This document shows positions 16,701 through 20,000 of a stretch of 20,000 nt of DNA, in pieces. The translations under genes were made by a program, and so were the position numbers. Where the stretch lies: IMG/VR virus record IMGVR_UViG_3300017747_004150, one strand, 5' to 3'. Under the pieces are notes generated by a model. That model searched no databases. It worked only from the letters and a program-made list of their open reading frames with translations, and was not told the origin of the DNA. Position 1 is the stretch's first letter; each line of letters begins with the position of its first letter. This stretch comes from an uncultured virus (IMG/VR IMGVR_UViG_3300017747_004150) (taxonomy: Duplodnaviria; Heunggongvirae; Uroviricota; Caudoviricetes).

Positions 16701-19700
16701 TCTCTTGCAATTGCCAAACCTTGTGGAGAAACTCCATTATCGTTGTCTGCTATTGCTTGATTTGCAAAATCGGTCAGTGCCCGGATGTTGTCAATAATCT
16801 GCTGCTGATCATCCGCTTTGTCCTTTTTGTTTTTTGCTTTACGGTTTTGAGATTTTTCCTCGGCTTTACCGGCCAGTATTTCCTCGTACTCGTCCAGCGT
16901 AGTATCGGCATCAATATCTCCGTTCTCAATCGCTTTATCAAAAGACTTCTCCAACAATTCCTGCTTGGTAGCTTCTTTGCGAGACTTGTCTTTCTCGGCA
17001 ACGGAAGCCAGGAATGCAACCATGTCGGCCCGTGTTGCCAAGCGAAGCTGCTCACCGGTTCTGGTTGTCAATATTTCGGCCAGATATGCCGACATAATGC
17101 GTGCATCCTTATCGGACAGCGTTGCAAGGTTTACTTTTGAAAGCAAAGGCACAATCGCATTTCTGTCCGGATAGGTGGCGGATATAGAGTTCAAAAGCTT
17201 GATTGCCGCTTTTCTGCCTTTTGTCAAAGCATAGAACTGATCAGCCTCCATAGCAATGGACAAAGTGTTTTCCACAAAGTTGGCCAGTGCTTTTACCGAG
17301 TTGGACTTTGGAACTCTTTTCAGAATTGCCTCCACCTGGGCTGGAGTCAAGCTGGCTTTCATGCCAGAAAGCGTTGCTTTAAGAACCTTCTTGATTTGAT
17401 TCCTTCCGGCCTGGATTGCCTCGCGTGTTGTTTTGATGGCCAGCCCAGATTCAAGAACCGGAGCCAATCCCTCAATCAATTCTTTGCGATACCGCTCGTA
17501 TGACTCAGTGAGTCCAGATGCAAGATCTTTTTCGTTCACCGGTGATACGATGCGCTCAAACTCCTTTGCCGAATCAGTGATCACCTCTTTATCAAAAGCA
17601 TCACCCTTGGCATTTACAGTTTGTGATTTGATCCAATCAATGGCTTTTTTCTTTGCTGCCCGAACACTGTCTGCATTAAAGGTGCCCGCTTCTTTTGCGG
17701 CTTTGATGGCAGCCCGGAAGATCTTGAGAGCCGCCTTAACCAACTCTGGAGCGTATGGCAAAAATGTGGCCTGTGGACCCATTTCATCAATCTCCCTAAT
17801 TGCATTGTCGATGGCGTTGATGGCACGGTCTGCCAAAGATGTTGGTGCAGCTTGCTCAACTCCATTTACTTTGTCAAAGAACTTTTTGGCGTTCTCGTCG
17901 TTCTTAAACAGAAATCCTTTTGCATACTTGGAATAGTATCCATTATTTTCCTTTGCCTGATCTGCAACCTGCTTGTATTTATCGGAACCATAAAAATAAC
18001 CCGGCTTCACCAATGTCAACATCTCACCAGTCTTGGTGTTTATGTATGGCTGTGGATCCAGTAGGTCGCGCTCTTCTCTTTGTGCTTTTTCTTTTTTAGG
18101 CTTTTCCTTTCTGGATTCTTCTTCAGTGGTTTTTTCCGCTTCTGTTTTTAAAACCTTTCTTTCCGGTCCCGATACGTTTTCCAGTTGATCAAAGAAGTCC
18201 TCAATATTTTTGGCATCAGACAAATCCAGAGTTACCTTTTTTGCTGGCATTCCACTTTCGTCAACATTGTCTATGCGATCGATAATCACAACCCGACTTG
18301 AAACCGACGTGCCCGCTTGCTCAAATGTTACGGATGGAAGTTTAATGTCGGCAACTAAATGTGCAGACGGATTTTTCAGCTTACCCTTTTCATCTGTTCC
18401 ATTGAGAAAATCGTCTAGTCGCTTATCCATTGATCCGCCGGCGGGAATTAAAGCTACCACCCGACCACCATTAACGACGTGCCTGAATGCTTTTGCCAAA
18501 TGATCCATTGCCAGTTTACCGCCGGTTCCAAACGGAGGGTTCATAACAACAGCATCGTATTTGTTTTGTAGCGCCAGGTCTTCAAAATTTTGATTCAATA
18601 CTCTTTTAGATCCGCCGCCAGCGCGTGCTCCTAATTTAGAATACAACTCAAAACTAGGCTCTATTGCCGTCAGTGATGTGTTTGATGGCGCCCACATGGC
18701 AATTGCTCCCAGCCCGGCAGACGGCTCAAGCATTGAATCAAATTCGTTTAGCCTGGCCCAATCTACCATTTTCTGACCCAACGGTTCTGGTGTTGGGAAG
18801 AAATCTACTCCCTGCCGCTCATCTCTTTTGCCTCTTAATTTTTGATTGGTTGAGTAAATTAATCTTGCCTTTTTGTATGGACTGGTATTGTCTTGCATGC
18901 GCTTATCAAACGCCTTGCCACCTTTCCCCTGTGTTTTGGACGGCTTGTCTCCGGTTGCGTTGAATAAAACCCCTTCCGAATAAGACCGGATTAAATCCCT
19001 GGAGTCCGCGCCAACGGCAAGGTTTTCTGTGGTTGAAAGCCTTTTGTTGATGTTTTGTCCAAAGTATGCGGTTTCCAGATCAAGCCCCAGTAGCGGGTAT
19101 TCAAAAATAGCATCCGACTCCTGGCCTATCCGGTAGATGCGGCCCTCAACCTGTAAAGCCGTGGTTGTTGAAATCGGCATGCTCATGCTTATCAAAACCC
19201 GCTGGTGCTTTCCGCTTCTGTCGTGAAGAGATATTCCCTCTTTGCCAGCCTCTTCTTGCACAACTATAATATCAACACCACTTCCGTCTGTATTAAAATC
19301 TTTGATTGCCTTGTTTTTGTCTTTTACCGAAATGTCTCCGTTGATCAAAGCAAACTTATCTGGAAACGCTTCCTGAATTTGATCAATTGTCGAGTTATAA
19401 TTTAAGGTTTGCTCGTAGGCAAGCAAACCCTTGTATTTGGATCGAAACATTTCAACCTGATCCAATGTTGATGCCGCCTTGTCTTTTTCATTCGGACCCG
19501 CACTTTCATCCGAAAGAATTGCCTTGGCATTCATCTCTGCCACATTGAGCAAATTCTCAAATGGGGGAACAACGCCAGACTGCTTTCTTCGGTGAAAGAC
19601 GACCACTTTCCTTCCCAGATCTAAGTGATCTTTTATGCGTGGTATAGCCGCACTTGTTTTAAGTGCTTCAAACAACTTTGTGGTATAGTTGTAATTCATA

Positions 19701-20000
19701 AACACCTCACTGGCCGCATCTCTGAGCCCAGGAAAAATGTTTGTTGAATAATCAAAAATATCATTGAACGCCCGATTAAAGTCTTGTGAGTTAAACCCGG
19801 TTACCAATGGAAATTCTCTTGCGTAATCTTGATCGGAACTAATAACGCGACCGCTCATTGCTCCGGCCTTTTTAAGTTTTTCCGAAAACTCAATCTCCTG
19901 CATAGCAACTGCCTCCGGATTGGCATTGCCTTTGTTTTGCAGCTGATGATACCTCCATTCATATTGAGCACCAAAATTGTCCAACATGAATCTACTTTCC
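13733..20000 (-). CDS. Giant polyvalent protein (>2084 aa, 5'-truncated): SF2 helicase C-terminal domain, N6-adenine methyltransferase and long helical ejection-protein-like C-terminus (DarB-like)
   Basis: The frame stays open upstream of the track's ATG at 19987 (GAA AGT AGA TTC = ESRF), and helicase motifs I/II are not in the window, so the true start is probably outside it. Helicase motifs: KVVVFH, AGKEGISLHD (~19220-19247), QVEGRIYRIGQ (~19121-19153). MTase motifs: DFFPTP (~18789-18806), LEPSAGLG (~18707-18730), MNPPF (NPPF at 18530-18541), FEQAGTSV. Confidence 0.85.
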   Translation of the reverse strand, partial: ESRFMLDNFGAQYEWRYHQLQNKGNANPEAVAMQEIEFSEKLKKAGAMSGRVISSDQDYAREFPLVTGFNSQDFNRAFNDIFDYSTNIFPGLRDAASEVFMNYNYTTKLFEALKTSAAIPRIKDHLDLGRKVVVFHRRKQSGVVPPFENLLNVAEMNAKAILSDESAGPNEKDKAASTLDQVEMFRSKYKGLLAYEQTLNYNSTIDQIQEAFPDKFALINGDISVKDKNKAIKDFNTDGSGVDIIVVQEEAGKEGISLHDRSGKHQRVLISMSMPISTTTALQVEGRIYRIGQESDAIFEYPLLGLDLETAYFGQNINKRLSTTENLAVGADSRDLIRSYSEGVLFNATGDKPSKTQGKGGKAFDKRMQDNTSPYKKARLIYSTNQKLRGKRDERQGVDFFPTPEPLGQKMVDWARLNEFDSMLEPSAGLGAIAMWAPSNTSLTAIEPSFELYSKLGARAGGGSKRVLNQNFEDLALQNKYDAVVMNPPFGTGGKLAMDHLAKAFRHVVNGGRVVALIPAGGSMDKRLDDFLNGTDEKGKLKNPSAHLVADIKLPSVTFEQAGTSVSSRVVIIDRIDNVDESGMPAKKVTLDLSDAKNIEDFFDQLENVSGPERKVLKTEAEKTTEEESRKEKPKKEKAQREERDLLDPQPYINTKTGEMLTLVKPGYFYGSDKYKQVADQAKENNGYYSKYAKGFLFKNDENAKKFFDKVNGVEQAAPTSLADRAINAIDNAIREIDEMGPQATFLPYAPELVKAALKIFRAAIKAAKEAGTFNADSVRAAKKKAIDWIKSQTVNAKGDAFDKEVITDSAKEFERIVSPVNEKDLASGLTESYERYRKELIEGLAPVLESGLAIKTTREAIQAGRNQIKKVLKATLSGMKASLTPAQVEAILKRVPKSNSVKALANFVENTLSIAMEADQFYALTKGRKAAIKLLNSISATYPDRNAIVPLLSKVNLATLSDKDARIMSAYLAEILTTRTGEQLRLATRADMVAFLASVAEKDKSRKEATKQELLEKSFDKAIENGDIDADTTLDEYEEILAGKAEEKSQNRKAKNKKDKADDQQQIIDNIRALTDFANQAIADNDNGVSPQGLAIAREAVGLIRDMDFADMDTPQLRYVLNAMGDFVDAGDYAAFGPIIVRQTAINRQNKYMANPAKGRAIDANNATLGSLQNLYQNATFSRDQANRIKVLLTNGLQKGFTGIGTKAIQESGELADFMLKNKVNEEANHKLGILAIAQQTSEQGGTFEERIARIREMAEKQLAWANKYLENASSSARNKGQYFKDDAEMKLKVLDKYFSEANSLALNSITLTPIEQEIMDRALAMFAARKAELEATTATYFNRTLGDEGPLYFPLMTMKSFDEVENEPEIDLASNLFEGDAINRREAGTTIDRKPFLTTPVSYSTDFIQTLTKKLFETDYQIHTAKERMVTAAILNNKNFVKQVEALADDNLKIIREKIKEMVQDQVAFANLYRQDDSIMGYMYGKLIPLALNSVDQIPKQATGAFNVMTNTSPESFKKAMAIVSMAYYKPELREAIDKMRAQSSVILRGHRGEVDNRQRYQKRQGLFSPNRYKRTWTNIEKFGDDISTWLGDHTIAVGDDFVTNLALIAGYLDNVKNQGRSIRNFDIVNEVDDLNAEAVSYAELLIDEVNAPSDPTTKARILRTDPKAVKEIGMTPKQMLYTLKAFTLAAHRNLKINYGAAVNVRSSDEEKEEAKRRIAGWVLAQVMFMATASLIRLGRGEMTDLIAEAITGSEPPEDDEEKKKDKFIAEVARNTSNLAFQTAFGSYNALVEQAIQTGVNIGVKEIISKTSEAPYSKANKGTLADARFNMFPYAEGVVGGLGMPIRFGEQMYENVATDKESDNPRRDKALGFVIPLIALYVGGGDLSKWSQEIGRKVGPRAQEEAENLLQKQIRESQSLEDKPEEREAALKKLWANLKKGNTDAAENFFNQVQGKDNNATIAYVYKSIINDKVKERLDLVDPVPYLNLAFGNAKEVYLKIRNPASKDGYSYVSSKYWEKQGKLSPAKLEEIKKEYIEQAEEQMAKVEFLKKKFPKAAKSIEALLGPGGINEPLAIRAKRGIIRSK

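Noticed and set aside
13733..17860. Tape measure protein or virion RNA polymerase
   Set aside because: There are no tail tube or tail chaperone genes in the window and no periodic tape-measure repeats. I saw no convincing DxDxD polymerase motif in a double-psi barrel context; GDIDAD lies in an acidic helical stretch.
688..20000. Stop-codon reassignment, as known in some crAss-like phages
   Set aside because: All long genes are intact under the standard code with near-complete coding density, so nothing requires TAG or TGA read-through. Reading through the one TAG at 3097 adds only about 21 codons. Recoding elsewhere in the genome cannot be excluded.
18230..20000. Type I, III or IIG restriction-modification system
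   Set aside because: I saw no nuclease or specificity subunit in the window, and the domains are fused to a virion-like protein inside a phage structural operon.

Overview
This window is the virion-structure module of a tailed dsDNA phage, probably a podovirus-type, crAss-related phage of Bacteroidota. All credible genes are on the minus strand and tightly packed. In transcription order (right to left) they encode: (1) a giant protein of more than 2084 aa, truncated at the right edge, with an SF2 helicase C-terminal domain and an N6-adenine DNA methyltransferase (DarB-like pairing) joined to a long helical region resembling an ejection protein; (2) a 1087-aa tail stabilisation/nozzle-like protein; (3) a 274-aa probable internal virion protein; (4) portal; (5) an acidic scaffold-like protein; (6) major capsid protein, followed by a cUUCGg terminator; (7) a 330-aa protein, followed by a second terminator; (8) a ~70-aa ORF; (9) a DxD-motif glycosyltransferase-like protein; (10-11) two structural proteins with beta-strand-like N-terminal regions; (12) a tail-fibre-like gene running off the left edge and missing from the ORF track. 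I saw no tRNA, CRISPR array, integrase or terminase. Product calls come from motif recognition and gene order, not database searches. The most interesting items are the putative virion-delivered helicase-methyltransferase fusion and the glycosyltransferase-like gene inside the structural operon.
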